Source: Leptonemataceae bacterium
GTDB lineage: Bacteria; Spirochaetota; Leptospiria; Leptospirales; Leptonemataceae
Assembly (NCBI GenBank): GCA_965227295.1
Contig: OZ245742.1
Location: 5,344,001 to 5,408,000, forward strand
Length of the DNA stretch: 64,000 bases
Reading direction: 5' to 3'
Shown here piece by piece: positions 9,840-21,726 of this stretch. The notes under the pieces are model-generated. The model was given only the letters and a program-made list of their open reading frames with translations. It was not told where the DNA came from and ran no database searches. Each line of letters starts with the position of its first letter. The stretch's first letter is position 1. Both the position numbers and the translations under genes were made by a program.

Positions 9840-11508
9840 GTTTCTTTTCGCAGGATCGCACGGCCTCGTCCACATCGAAGAAAAACCGCTCCGCACCGAT
9901 GCGATCGTACATGCCCGAGGAACGCAGCACGCGAACGACCGGCATCTTCAACGCCGCGAAACACAAGTCCACCCCGCGTTCGTTCAACGTATCCGCAATC
10001 AAACGCAGCGTAGCGTCCGCGGTGCTGTCGATCCAGGTCAACGTGCTGCCGTCGATGATCACGACCTGGAGCGTTTCGTCCGCGGCCATGCGGCGAATCA
10101 GATCCTTAAAGAACGCGACGTTGCCGAAGTAGAGCTGCGCGTCGAAGCGCAGGATCACCATCCCGGGATACGGCCGGGCCTCGGGATAGTTCTTCAGATT
10201 GCGAAAGTGCCGGCTGCGCCCCACCCGGCCGAGCACGGCGGTGTGCGGGCGACTGGTATGATAAATAAAAAACGCGAGCGACGCGCCGACACCGACCAGG
10301 ATGCCCTGCTGCACGCCCAGCAACAGGGTCGCAATAAAAGCGATGAGCAGCAGATAAAAATCCGGCGAGCCCATATTACGCAAGCGGCGCGCCTGCGCCA
10401 CGTCCACCAGACCGGAGACACTGTGAATGATGATAGCCGCAAGAGCGGCGGACGGTAAGTAATAGAGAGCGTCAGTTAAGAAAGCCAGCGTGAGCACGAC
10501 CCAGGCGGCGCAGACCAGCAGTGTAAACGGAGAAGTCGCCCCGGCGCGATCGTGCACGGCCGAGCGCGAAAAGCTGGCGCTCACGGGAAAGCCCTGACTG
10601 ATCCCGGCCGCAAAGTTCGCCGCCGCCGCCGCGTAAAGTTCCCGGCCCGGATCGATCTCGTAACCGTTGCGATCGGCGAAGCTGCGGGCAATGGAGATCA
10701 TCGTCAAATAACCGATCAACGCCACGACGAAGGCCGACGGCAAGAGTTCGAGCAGCCCGGCCGCGTCCAGACGAGTCGAAGGATCAAACAGGAACGGCAA
10801 GGCCAGGGCGGGCAGGCCGCGGGGAATCTCACCGACAATACCGACCCCGCGTTCAAACAACGCAAAGGCGATCGTTGCGAGGATGCCCGCAAGCACGACG
10901 ACGAGCGGCCCGGGAATCTTCCGCGACAGACGCCCGCACACCATCAACACAACAATGCCGCCGATGCCCACAACGGCGGTGAGTGCATGCATGTCCGGAG
11001 CGCGAAGCACGGCGCCAAGAATCTCCGGAAAGTTCGTCGCTCGTTCCGCCTCGTATCCCAACAACGCCGGCAACTGACCGCCGCCGATCAAAAACGCGGC
11101 GCCCGAGGTAAAACCGCTCAACACCGGCTGCGACAAAAAGTTCACGAGATAACTCGCGCGCAACGTCGCCATGAGCAATTGAATGATCGCCACCTCAAGC
11201 GCCAGGGCCATCGCCCAGGCCGCGCGCTGTTCTTCGGCGCCGGCCACCGCCATGCCCGTCAGCGCCGCGCCGATCAACACGGTATCCAGCGCCCCCGGCC
11301 CCACCGCCAGCTGGCGCGACCGACCGATCACGGCATATGCAATCAGCGGGAGCACCGACGCATAGAGTCCGTGGTACGCGGGCAGGCCGGCCACGAGGGC
11401 GTAGGCCATGCCCTGAGGAATCAAAACGACGGCCGTGGTGGTGCCCGCGATCAGATTGCGCAGCAAGATGCGGCGGCGCGACGACGGCTTTGCGGAAGCT
11501 TCAGGCAT
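9799..11508 (-). CDS. SulP family anion permease with STAS domain
   Basis: PQGMAYALVAGLP, GSRQL-like AVGP, SFSRSA; C-terminal STAS (LYFGN..IDSTA). Start placed at the ATG at 11508. Confidence 0.93.
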   Translation of the reverse strand: MPEASAKPSSRRRILLRNLIAGTTTAVVLIPQGMAYALVAGLPAYHGLYASVLPLIAYAVIGRSRQLAVGPGALDTVLIGAALTGMAVAGAEEQRAAWAMALALEVAIIQLLMATLRASYLVNFLSQPVLSGFTSGAAFLIGGGQLPALLGYEAERATNFPEILGAVLRAPDMHALTAVVGIGGIVVLMVCGRLSRKIPGPLVVVLAGILATIAFALFERGVGIVGEIPRGLPALALPFLFDPSTRLDAAGLLELLPSAFVVALIGYLTMISIARSFADRNGYEIDPGRELYAAAAANFAAGISQGFPVSASFSRSAVHDRAGATSPFTLLVCAAWVVLTLAFLTDALYYLPSAALAAIIIHSVSGLVDVAQARRLRNMGSPDFYLLLIAFIATLLLGVQQGILVGVGASLAFFIYHTSRPHTAVLGRVGRSRHFRNLKNYPEARPYPGMVILRFDAQLYFGNVAFFKDLIRRMAADETLQVVIIDGSTLTWIDSTADATLRLIADTLNERGVDLCFAALKMPVVRVLRSSGMYDRIGAERFFFDVDEAVRSCEKKLKARRRRRDPSPD

Positions 11509-12301
11509 GCGGGTATCCGGAACAGATGCGAATCTCCACACCGGAGCGGGCGCGACTCAGGGAATCGCCGGGCTTGAGACCGAACATGTCCCGAAACGTT
11601 CGTGTGAAGTGCGCCTGGTCCGCGAAGCCGGCGGCGTGGGCCGCGTCCGTCAGTGAGTCAAGTTTTGCCGCGGCCTCAATGGCCCGACGCAATCGCAGCC
11701 ATAGAATGTAACGCCGCAAAGGTATACCCATCTGTTCTTTGAAGAGGTGCGTGAACCGCCCTTCGGAAAGGCCGACGTGATCGGCCACGTCCTCCAGAGG
11801 AGCGCGCAAATCTTCCTGCTCGTTGATGTAGCGACAGGCTTCGACGATCCGGCCGTCCATCTCCGTAACTTTCGAAGGCGCGACCTGCAGGTCAAAACAC
11901 TGCTTGAGCAAAGCAAACACGTGGCGGCGGAGCGCCGGGCAGTCGTCCTCGTTCGGATCGCCGGCGATGTCGAAGGCCACGGCGGCGAGGCGGTCGTCCT
12001 CTACTAACTGAAAGTCAGAATTACTTAACAGGCGACGACTGAGTTCTTCGGCCTCGCTGCTTTCACGATCCAGCAAAATTAGATTCTGCAACGCATGATC
12101 GCCGTCCAGGGCGTGCTCGACATCCGCCGCAATGAGGGCGCAGCGCGTACGCAAACGCCGCGTTCCCACGCTCAGCTCGAAGGGTTCCGGCGACACGACG
12201 AACTGAATGGCATGATGGCGGTGCGCTTCGTTGTCGCGAACGGGACCGAGGAACAACGCGCCGCCCGGGAACAAAAACAATCGTCGTCGGACGGCGGCCA
12301 T
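11501..12301 (-). CDS. AraC family transcriptional regulator
   Basis: HHAIQ cupin-like N-terminus; LSEGRFTHLFKEQMG and AGFADQAHFTRTFRDMFG HTH motifs. Confidence 0.92.
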   Translation of the reverse strand: MAAVRRRLFLFPGGALFLGPVRDNEAHRHHAIQFVVSPEPFELSVGTRRLRTRCALIAADVEHALDGDHALQNLILLDRESSEAEELSRRLLSNSDFQLVEDDRLAAVAFDIAGDPNEDDCPALRRHVFALLKQCFDLQVAPSKVTEMDGRIVEACRYINEQEDLRAPLEDVADHVGLSEGRFTHLFKEQMGIPLRRYILWLRLRRAIEAAAKLDSLTDAAHAAGFADQAHFTRTFRDMFGLKPGDSLSRARSGVEIRICSGYPHA

Positions 12302-12351
12302 GGGGCAAAGCTGACCGGCCAGGCCCCGCTCAGTCAACGAGATTCGGTTGC

Positions 12352-13350
12352 TCAACGTACGTGGATCCACCGGCCGACGCGTACCGGACGATAACGTTCG
12401 CCGAACGCCGCGGCAAAGCGCGCGATGACTTCGTCGGAGGTATCATGTCCACCGAGTCCGACGAGACCCGGTGACAGATCCTGCAACAAAACCAGATCGC
12501 TTTCGACCTCGTCCCACCCCAGCGGTTGCCAGGGCCCGCGTCCGGACGCAAAGAGGCGCTGGGCATTCAGACCGAGAATTTCCAGGCGGCCGGACGGCAC
12601 CGGATAGTGCAGATCACCGACGATGCCGTAGATCGGCTCATCGAACGACGCGCGGACGCGGGCGACGAGACGCCCCAGGGTTTGGTGGCCGCAGCCTACG
12701 ATCAACACCAGGCCCCGCCCCGCCAGGTTCACCACCAGGGCCTGTTCATCAATGCGACCAATGAACAGGTGCCGCGGGATCGTCCCCGTACTTGCGAAGC
12801 CCGGCAGTAACATCTGTGGATCAGCAGTTAACCGCGGTTCCAGGCCGGGATAACTCAGCGGCACCGGCGCAAAGACCGGCATGTTCTTGAGCGGGCGCTG
12901 CGCGGTACCGAACGAAAAGGAATTCTCGCGCGCCCACGTTCGGCCGCCCACGTGATCAAAGTGCGCATGCGACAGAAAAATCGCGTCGATGTCTTCGATG
13001 TTCACGCCCAATCGTTGCATGTTGTGTTCGAGGGGCGACGGGCTTTGGTTGGTCGCGTTCTGCCCGAGATCAAAAAGCACGGTGAAACGATCCGTGCGCA
13101 CGAGGTACGCGACGCCCATCTCGGTCCGCAGTTCCGCGGAATCAGTGTGCCAGTTGACGAGCGGCAGAATCGAAAGCGAGGTCGCCGCGCCGAAATCCTT
13201 AACTTTCGACGGCACGAACTCAGCCCATTCCCGATCCGCGGCGCGTACGCCGAGTTCGTGCCGCGTGTACACCAGGGCAACGACCGACAACAACAGCAGC
13301 GCCGCGACGAATCCAAACTTACGCCAGGTTCCCGTAAACATCGTACTCAC
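12352..13350 (-). CDS. MBL-fold metallo-hydrolase with N-terminal membrane anchor
   Basis: SHAHFDHVGG (HxHxDH), LFDLG, GCGH; hydrophobic N-terminus. Confidence 0.85.
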   Translation of the reverse strand: MSTMFTGTWRKFGFVAALLLLSVVALVYTRHELGVRAADREWAEFVPSKVKDFGAATSLSILPLVNWHTDSAELRTEMGVAYLVRTDRFTVLFDLGQNATNQSPSPLEHNMQRLGVNIEDIDAIFLSHAHFDHVGGRTWARENSFSFGTAQRPLKNMPVFAPVPLSYPGLEPRLTADPQMLLPGFASTGTIPRHLFIGRIDEQALVVNLAGRGLVLIVGCGHQTLGRLVARVRASFDEPIYGIVGDLHYPVPSGRLEILGLNAQRLFASGRGPWQPLGWDEVESDLVLLQDLSPGLVGLGGHDTSDEVIARFAAAFGERYRPVRVGRWIHVR

Positions 13351-13688
13351 CTCACGTCCAGGATCGCCTGGAGATCCGCGGGCACGGGCATGGGTTGCAC
13401 CGGACTCACGTTCGCCCCGCCCGTGTTCCCTACCGGTACCCAGATCCGCGAAATCACCAACGACGCCGCCATGCGCACGACCTGGCCGAATATTTCGCGT
13501 ACGTCCCGGCGGCGCAGGCCGACCTTAAACATCCACCAGTGCGATTCCGTGTGCGGCAGAATGTAGCGCTGGCCGAGAATGTGAGCGCGCTCCAGGTGAT
13601 GAAACGACTCATCGAGGTTTCCTTCCCGATAGTACTTCGCGGCAATGCGCATTTCCGCGCGAAAGGCCTGTTTGAGTGGTGCGTGCAT
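13347..13688 (-). CDS. DUF3703 family protein
   Basis: HHLERAHILGQ...H...H and PVGNTGGANVSP..PMPVPADL motifs. Confidence 0.85.
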   Translation of the reverse strand: MHAPLKQAFRAEMRIAAKYYREGNLDESFHHLERAHILGQRYILPHTESHWWMFKVGLRRRDVREIFGQVVRMAASLVISRIWVPVGNTGGANVSPVQPMPVPADLQAILDVR

Positions 13689-13804
13689 GCTGATATCCCT
13701 CCGAATTGATGCCGGAGTGTAGCCCGCATCCCTGGCACACGATTGAACAAACTGGCTATCGTGATTTTTACTTCTGCGTGCCGGGCCGCATCCTAATCTG
13801 CCCC

Positions 13805-14551
13805 ATGCCCACGCCCCCGCTCGTCAGCCTTGCGCGCGCCCTCTCCCGCTCCGTGAACAACCTGTCGTTCTCAGAGCCGGTGAGCCACGTTTACAATCCC
13901 CTCGATTATACGAAGGCCGTGCACGAGTTTTACCTGACCGAGTACGGTTCCGATACAAAGCGTGTGCTCTTTCTCGGCATGAATCCCGGGCCCTTCGGCA
14001 TGGCCCAGACCGGCGTGCCCTTCGGCGAAATCGCCGCGGCCCGGGACTGGATGAAGGTCCCCACGAACCTGGCCGCGAAAATCAAACCACCCGCGAACGA
14101 ACATCCGAAACGGCCCATCCAGGGTTTCGCCTGCGAAAAATCCGAGGTGAGCGGGCGGCGACTCTGGGGGCTCTTCGCCGAACGATTCGGCACGGCGAAG
14201 AAGTTCTTCGCACAACACTTCGTGGCGAACTACTGTCCGCTGGTTTTCATGAACGAGAAGGGTGCTAATGTAACACCGGACAAACTTAAGAAAAACGAGG
14301 CCGCGGCTTTGTTCGCGGCCTGCGACGATCATCTCGCGAAGTTCATCCGGGCGGTGGGCCCGGAGTTCGTGGTGGGCATCGGCAAGTTCGCGGAAAAACG
14401 CGCCCAACTCGTCTGCGATGCGGCGGGCATCACGGACGTGAAGATCGTGACGGTGCTGCACCCGTCACCGGCCAGCCCCGCGGCGAACAAGGGCTGGGCG
14501 GAGAAAGCAACGACGCAATTGATCGAAGCCGGCGTGTGGCCGAAGAAATAA
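13805..14551 (+). CDS. SMUG1-type (family 3) uracil-DNA glycosylase
   Basis: VYNPLDY, GMNPGPFGMAQTGVPFGE, SEVSGRRLW, NYCPL, LHPSPASP. Confidence 0.92.
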   Translation: MPTPPLVSLARALSRSVNNLSFSEPVSHVYNPLDYTKAVHEFYLTEYGSDTKRVLFLGMNPGPFGMAQTGVPFGEIAAARDWMKVPTNLAAKIKPPANEHPKRPIQGFACEKSEVSGRRLWGLFAERFGTAKKFFAQHFVANYCPLVFMNEKGANVTPDKLKKNEAAALFAACDDHLAKFIRAVGPEFVVGIGKFAEKRAQLVCDAAGITDVKIVTVLHPSPASPAANKGWAEKATTQLIEAGVWPKK

Positions 14552-14555
14552 CGGA

Positions 14556-15014
14556 TCACTGCACCTGCAGGCAGTTCACTCGTTCGATGCGCGGCGAACC
14601 CGGCGGTGCCGCCACGGTAATACCGGCGCCCTTCGCCGCGGCAGCCTCACGATCGGAGATGCGCTGCACGCGGATGGTCCCGCTTCCGTGAGACACCACC
14701 GGCGAAATACGCAGGGCACACGGGGACCACAGGATGCCGCAGTCGTACTGCTCCTTGCGGACGCGCATGTTGATTAAGATCGGACTCGCCGCGGGCAGCG
14801 CGATGCTGTTGTTCTTTTCGATGACGCCGCTGCCGCTGACGTAGACGGACTCAAAGTAACCGAGGACCACCTCCTGCTCCGTTTCTAACGCGCAGGCATT
14901 CTGGATTGCGGCCGTCATCAAGAGGCCGATGCTCTCGGATTGTTCTTTCCCCTGGGATGAAGCGCACGTTACGCACAGCGCCCCCGCCAAAACACAACTC
15001 ACCCATCGCATCAT
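14556..15014 (-). CDS. Hypothetical Cys-containing exported protein or lipoprotein
   Basis: Signal-like N-terminus ending in VTC; GGAGG/GGGA upstream; fills the gap between flanking genes. Confidence 0.6.
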   Translation of the reverse strand: MMRWVSCVLAGALCVTCASSQGKEQSESIGLLMTAAIQNACALETEQEVVLGYFESVYVSGSGVIEKNNSIALPAASPILINMRVRKEQYDCGILWSPCALRISPVVSHGSGTIRVQRISDREAAAAKGAGITVAAPPGSPRIERVNCLQVQ

Positions 15015-15072
15015 AGTTTTTATCCCTCCGCGTCCTCGGAGCCCCGGCGGCTAAACTTCTTCTAAAATTACT

Positions 15073-16323
15073 CTAATCATCCAACAAGTGGACGAGAAAG
15101 CCCGAGCGCAGTTTCGGTTCGAACCAGGTGGACTTCGGCGGCATGACCTTGCCGGCGTCCGCCACCGCGAGCAGTTGGGCCGTGGTCACCGGAGGCATGG
15201 CGAAGGCGCAGGCGAATTTACCCGAATCCACCAGGCGCTGCAGCTCCTGATCGCCGCGGATGCCGCCGACAAAACTCACGCGATCCGAGGTGCGCGGATC
15301 GTCGATGCCCAGCATGGGAGCGAGCACGTGATTCTGCAAGATGCTCGGCGCCAGCCGGCCGATTTCGTCGGCGTCTTTGTAGAGTGCTTCACTCGCCGTA
15401 AGACCGATCCAGCGCCCTTCGACGTAGAGGTTCATCTCGTACGGCCCGGGGTCCGCGTGTTTGCTTTCGCTTACGCGAAAGCCGTTCGCGCGCAATGACT
15501 CAATGAAGTCGCCGGTGTTCATGCCGCCCAGATCTTTCACCGCGCGGTTGTACGGGAGGATCTTCATTTGATCGTCGGGGAAGATGACCGTGAGAAAATG
15601 ATTGAACAGTTCGCTGCCGCTGACGTTGCCCGCGCGTTCCCGGCGCAGGCGGCCGACGGAGTTCGCGGACGCGGCCCGGTGATGGCCGTCCGCAATGTAC
15701 GTCGCCGAAAGTTTGCCGAAGAGCTCCAGCAACTTCGATTGTAAATCGCCCGGCGGGACCGGATAGATTTGATGGCGGACACCGTCGTCGAAGGACTCGT
15801 CGTAAAGCGGCGCGTTCGCGTCGGCGTGACCGTCCATGAGCTTCGCGATCTCCGCCTGGTCGGCGGAACGATACAGCAGAAACACCGGCCCGGTGTTCGC
15901 GCCGAGCACGTCGATGTGCGTGGTGCGATCCTTTTCTTTTTCGGGACGGGTGAACTCGTGTTTCTTAATGACGTCGTTGAAGTAATCGTCGATGGCCGAG
16001 GTCGCCACGAGGCCGGTTTGCCGGTGGCCTTTCCAGTGCAGACGATAGATGTACAGCGAGGCCTGGTCTTCGCGCACCAGGGCGCCTTCGCTCAGGAACT
16101 TCTGTAAGTTCTCTTTCGCGCGCTCGTAGATTTTCGGATCGTAGGGGCTGATCTCATCGCCGAACTCCAGGTCCGAACGAATGACGCGTAAAAACGACGA
16201 CGGCTTGCCGTTCGCCATCTCCCTGGCCTCGTCTCGATCGAGGACGTCATAAGGAACGCTGACAATATCTTTTGCGCGAGCAGGATCGGGCCGCACGGCC
16301 CGGAAGGGTCGAATGTCTACCAT
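15073..16323 (-). CDS. DUF1015 domain protein
   Basis: PYDV, IKKHEFTRPEKE, YIADGHHRAA, MPPKSTWFEPKLRSG. Confidence 0.92.
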   Translation of the reverse strand: MVDIRPFRAVRPDPARAKDIVSVPYDVLDRDEAREMANGKPSSFLRVIRSDLEFGDEISPYDPKIYERAKENLQKFLSEGALVREDQASLYIYRLHWKGHRQTGLVATSAIDDYFNDVIKKHEFTRPEKEKDRTTHIDVLGANTGPVFLLYRSADQAEIAKLMDGHADANAPLYDESFDDGVRHQIYPVPPGDLQSKLLELFGKLSATYIADGHHRAASANSVGRLRRERAGNVSGSELFNHFLTVIFPDDQMKILPYNRAVKDLGGMNTGDFIESLRANGFRVSESKHADPGPYEMNLYVEGRWIGLTASEALYKDADEIGRLAPSILQNHVLAPMLGIDDPRTSDRVSFVGGIRGDQELQRLVDSGKFACAFAMPPVTTAQLLAVADAGKVMPPKSTWFEPKLRSGFLVHLLDD

Positions 16324-16372
16324 ACTAAAGCTGAGTTCAAGTTAGTGAAGTTTTGAGGAACGACCAGGCGTT

Positions 16373-16924
16373 TCAGGCGCCGTGGTCTTCTTCCCAGTAT
16401 GCCGAGGGTTGCGTGGTCGCGGTCCCCTGGGTCGTGTATGCCGAATATGCTTCGAGGAACATGCGGTTCTCGTCCTGGAAGTTCGCCATACGATGAAACA
16501 GAAAGCGGATGTTCGGATCTTCGAACTTCTCCGCCATTTTACGATAAAAGTCCGAGGCGTCCTCGTGCTCCTGGGTTGCCAGGCTCACCGCTTCGATTTC
16601 GTCGCCCAGGGCGTCCTTGTCGGTGTTCCGATCGAGTTTGCGCATGAGCACCTGGAGCGAGGTCTGATGAAACTTCGAGACCGCGGACATCATTTTGAGG
16701 TTCGGCAGGGCCTCGCCCTTCTGCACCTCGCCGTACATCTCGCGGATCATGCCGATGTGTTCGTCCACCTCACCGGCGAGCTGGTAGAAGAGATCCTTCA
16801 CGGGACCGTCGGGCATCTTATCCGCGTTGCGGTGATAAAACTCGAACATGCGCGTCTCGTGATCGATGGCCGATGCCACGGCCTCCAGGAACGTCGTCTT
16901 CTTAACCGGCTTGAATTTACCCAT
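16373..16924 (-). CDS. Ferritin/rubrerythrin-like protein
   Basis: Duplicated helix pairs: AIDHE..FY..LAGEVDEH and ATQEHE..FY..MANFQDEN. Confidence 0.7.
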   Translation of the reverse strand: MGKFKPVKKTTFLEAVASAIDHETRMFEFYHRNADKMPDGPVKDLFYQLAGEVDEHIGMIREMYGEVQKGEALPNLKMMSAVSKFHQTSLQVLMRKLDRNTDKDALGDEIEAVSLATQEHEDASDFYRKMAEKFEDPNIRFLFHRMANFQDENRMFLEAYSAYTTQGTATTQPSAYWEEDHGA

Positions 16925-17007
16925 GATTACACCTTAGCCTGTCCGAATTATTCGTAAATCGTTTTTCCGCCGCGTTGGCCGGGAAGAATACAAGGCGGGA
17001 TTTTTTT

Positions 17008-17121
17008 GGGCGTTCCCCCGCGCTACGCGCGGGGTCGGGCTGCTACAGGCTCCGCCTTCGGCTACGGTCTCACGAAGACGCGAGACTCGCGCTAACGCGC
17101 GACCTTCCGCATCCCTAACGC
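17008..17121. repeat. Dispersed structured non-coding element, copy 1
   Basis: GGGCGTT-[CCCCGCGC/GCGCGGGG]-TCGGGCTGC...GCATCCCTAACGC; same scaffold as 27316-27433 and the reverse complement of 31781-31908. Confidence 0.8.
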
Positions 17122-17164
17122 GAAGAGCTTTCATACGCCGCATCACCCCAACCATGTCCCTTCC

Positions 17165-17189
17165 CTCTGTGTTCTCTGTGCCTCTGTGG
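17165..17189. repeat. Short 9-bp-period repeat (CTCTGTG x3)
   Basis: ctctgtg-tt-ctctgtg-c-ctctgtgg just downstream of the ileS stop. Confidence 0.7.
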
Positions 17190-17200
17190 CCAAAGGAGTT

Positions 17201-20542
<3,342 letters not shown>

Positions 20543-20792
20543 ATGTCTCCTGGCCGACACGGAGTCGGGCGAGATGAGGACCAGGACACCGGGGGCGGGT
20601 GCGGCCATCAAGTAGAATGCCCGCGCCCTGCACTTAGAATGCGGTGAAACGACTAATTCTCTCGAAATCTTTAAAAAAAGAATTGCCCGAATCGTGCAAG
20701 CGGTGAGTACTATCGCCGCGCGCACAGGTCGTGCGCCCGCACGTACGCAACGTACCGTTGACCACCACAAGGACTAAGTAAGGAGCGCTTCT

Positions 20793-21275
20793 TTGAGCTA
20801 CGATAGACATGCAGCCAGGGCCTTTGTCGAGTTACGCTTCGGCCCCAAATGGACCTATATTTCCACGGTTCGGACCTTTATTCAGAACTTCCTGGCCATT
20901 ACCCTTGAAGATAAAATCAAAGCCGACAAGGTTTCCATGGCCGTTAGCGAGCTTGTGGAAAACGCGGTGAAGTATTCAAACCAGGAAGACACCTTCCTCC
21001 GGCTGGAAGAACCGCCGGATCGCAACTCCATCGAAGTTGTTGTATCCAACAACGCCGAAGCGGACCAGGCGGAATCCCTGCTGAAGTTCGTCTCCGAAAT
21101 GGAGGAGCTTCCCCCGCTCGAAGCCTACATGAAAATGATGCGCTTGAGCGCAGAACGACAGGACGGCAAGTCTCAGTTGGGCCTCGCCCGCATTCGTTAC
21201 GAAGCAAACGCGGAACTGAACGTCACCTTCGAAAACGGACTGGTGACCATCCGCGCCAAATTCAATCTCTCCTGA
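20793..21275 (+). CDS. GHKL-type anti-sigma/Ser kinase-like protein (slr1658/SiaB-like)
   Basis: N-box VSELVENAVKY and G2-like SQLGLARI; TTG start after an AAGGAG RBS. Confidence 0.7.
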   Translation: MSYDRHAARAFVELRFGPKWTYISTVRTFIQNFLAITLEDKIKADKVSMAVSELVENAVKYSNQEDTFLRLEEPPDRNSIEVVVSNNAEADQAESLLKFVSEMEELPPLEAYMKMMRLSAERQDGKSQLGLARIRYEANAELNVTFENGLVTIRAKFNLS

Positions 21276-21308
21276 GCGGAGAAGGCATAATCCGGAGATA
21301 CCATAACA

Positions 21309-21695
21309 ATGAGCAAACTGAACGTAGAGAATCTGAAGCTGGACAAGGTTTCGATCACCGTGTCCGACAGCCAGGACGCGGCCGAGGTGAAGCTGGTCGG
21401 TGAAATCGACGTCGAAGATCCGAGCCAGGAAATCAAACCGTTCCTGAACAAACTGCACGAGGCCATCATCGGCGCTTCGTTTAAGTCCGTGAACGTGGAC
21501 TTTCTGCAACTCAGCTTCATGAACTCAAGCGGCATCAAGGAACTCGTCAACTGGATCATGAAAGTGAACGTCCTGCCGCCGGATCAAAAATACAAAATCA
21601 ATCTGATCTACTCCAAGAGCATTACCTGGCAGGTATCCAGTCTGCCCGTTCTTCAAAAACTGCACCCGGACGTCGTCGAAGTCAAAGAAGTCTGA
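21309..21695 (+). CDS. STAS-like protein (slr1659-like)
   Basis: VDFLQLSFMNSSGI..W and SKSITWQ..SL..L; GGAG RBS. Confidence 0.7.
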   Translation: MSKLNVENLKLDKVSITVSDSQDAAEVKLVGEIDVEDPSQEIKPFLNKLHEAIIGASFKSVNVDFLQLSFMNSSGIKELVNWIMKVNVLPPDQKYKINLIYSKSITWQVSSLPVLQKLHPDVVEVKEV

Positions 21696-21726
21696 GGCTT
21701 CCGGCGGCGTTCCCACCGCACCTTTC

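Noticed and set aside
13733..13748. Sigma54 promoter (TGGCAC...TTGA)
   Set aside because: The spacing is one base short and the -12 element lacks the GC.
20543..20792. T-box riboswitch upstream of ileS
   Set aside because: I found no T-box consensus or terminator/antiterminator. The region looks like a divergent promoter.
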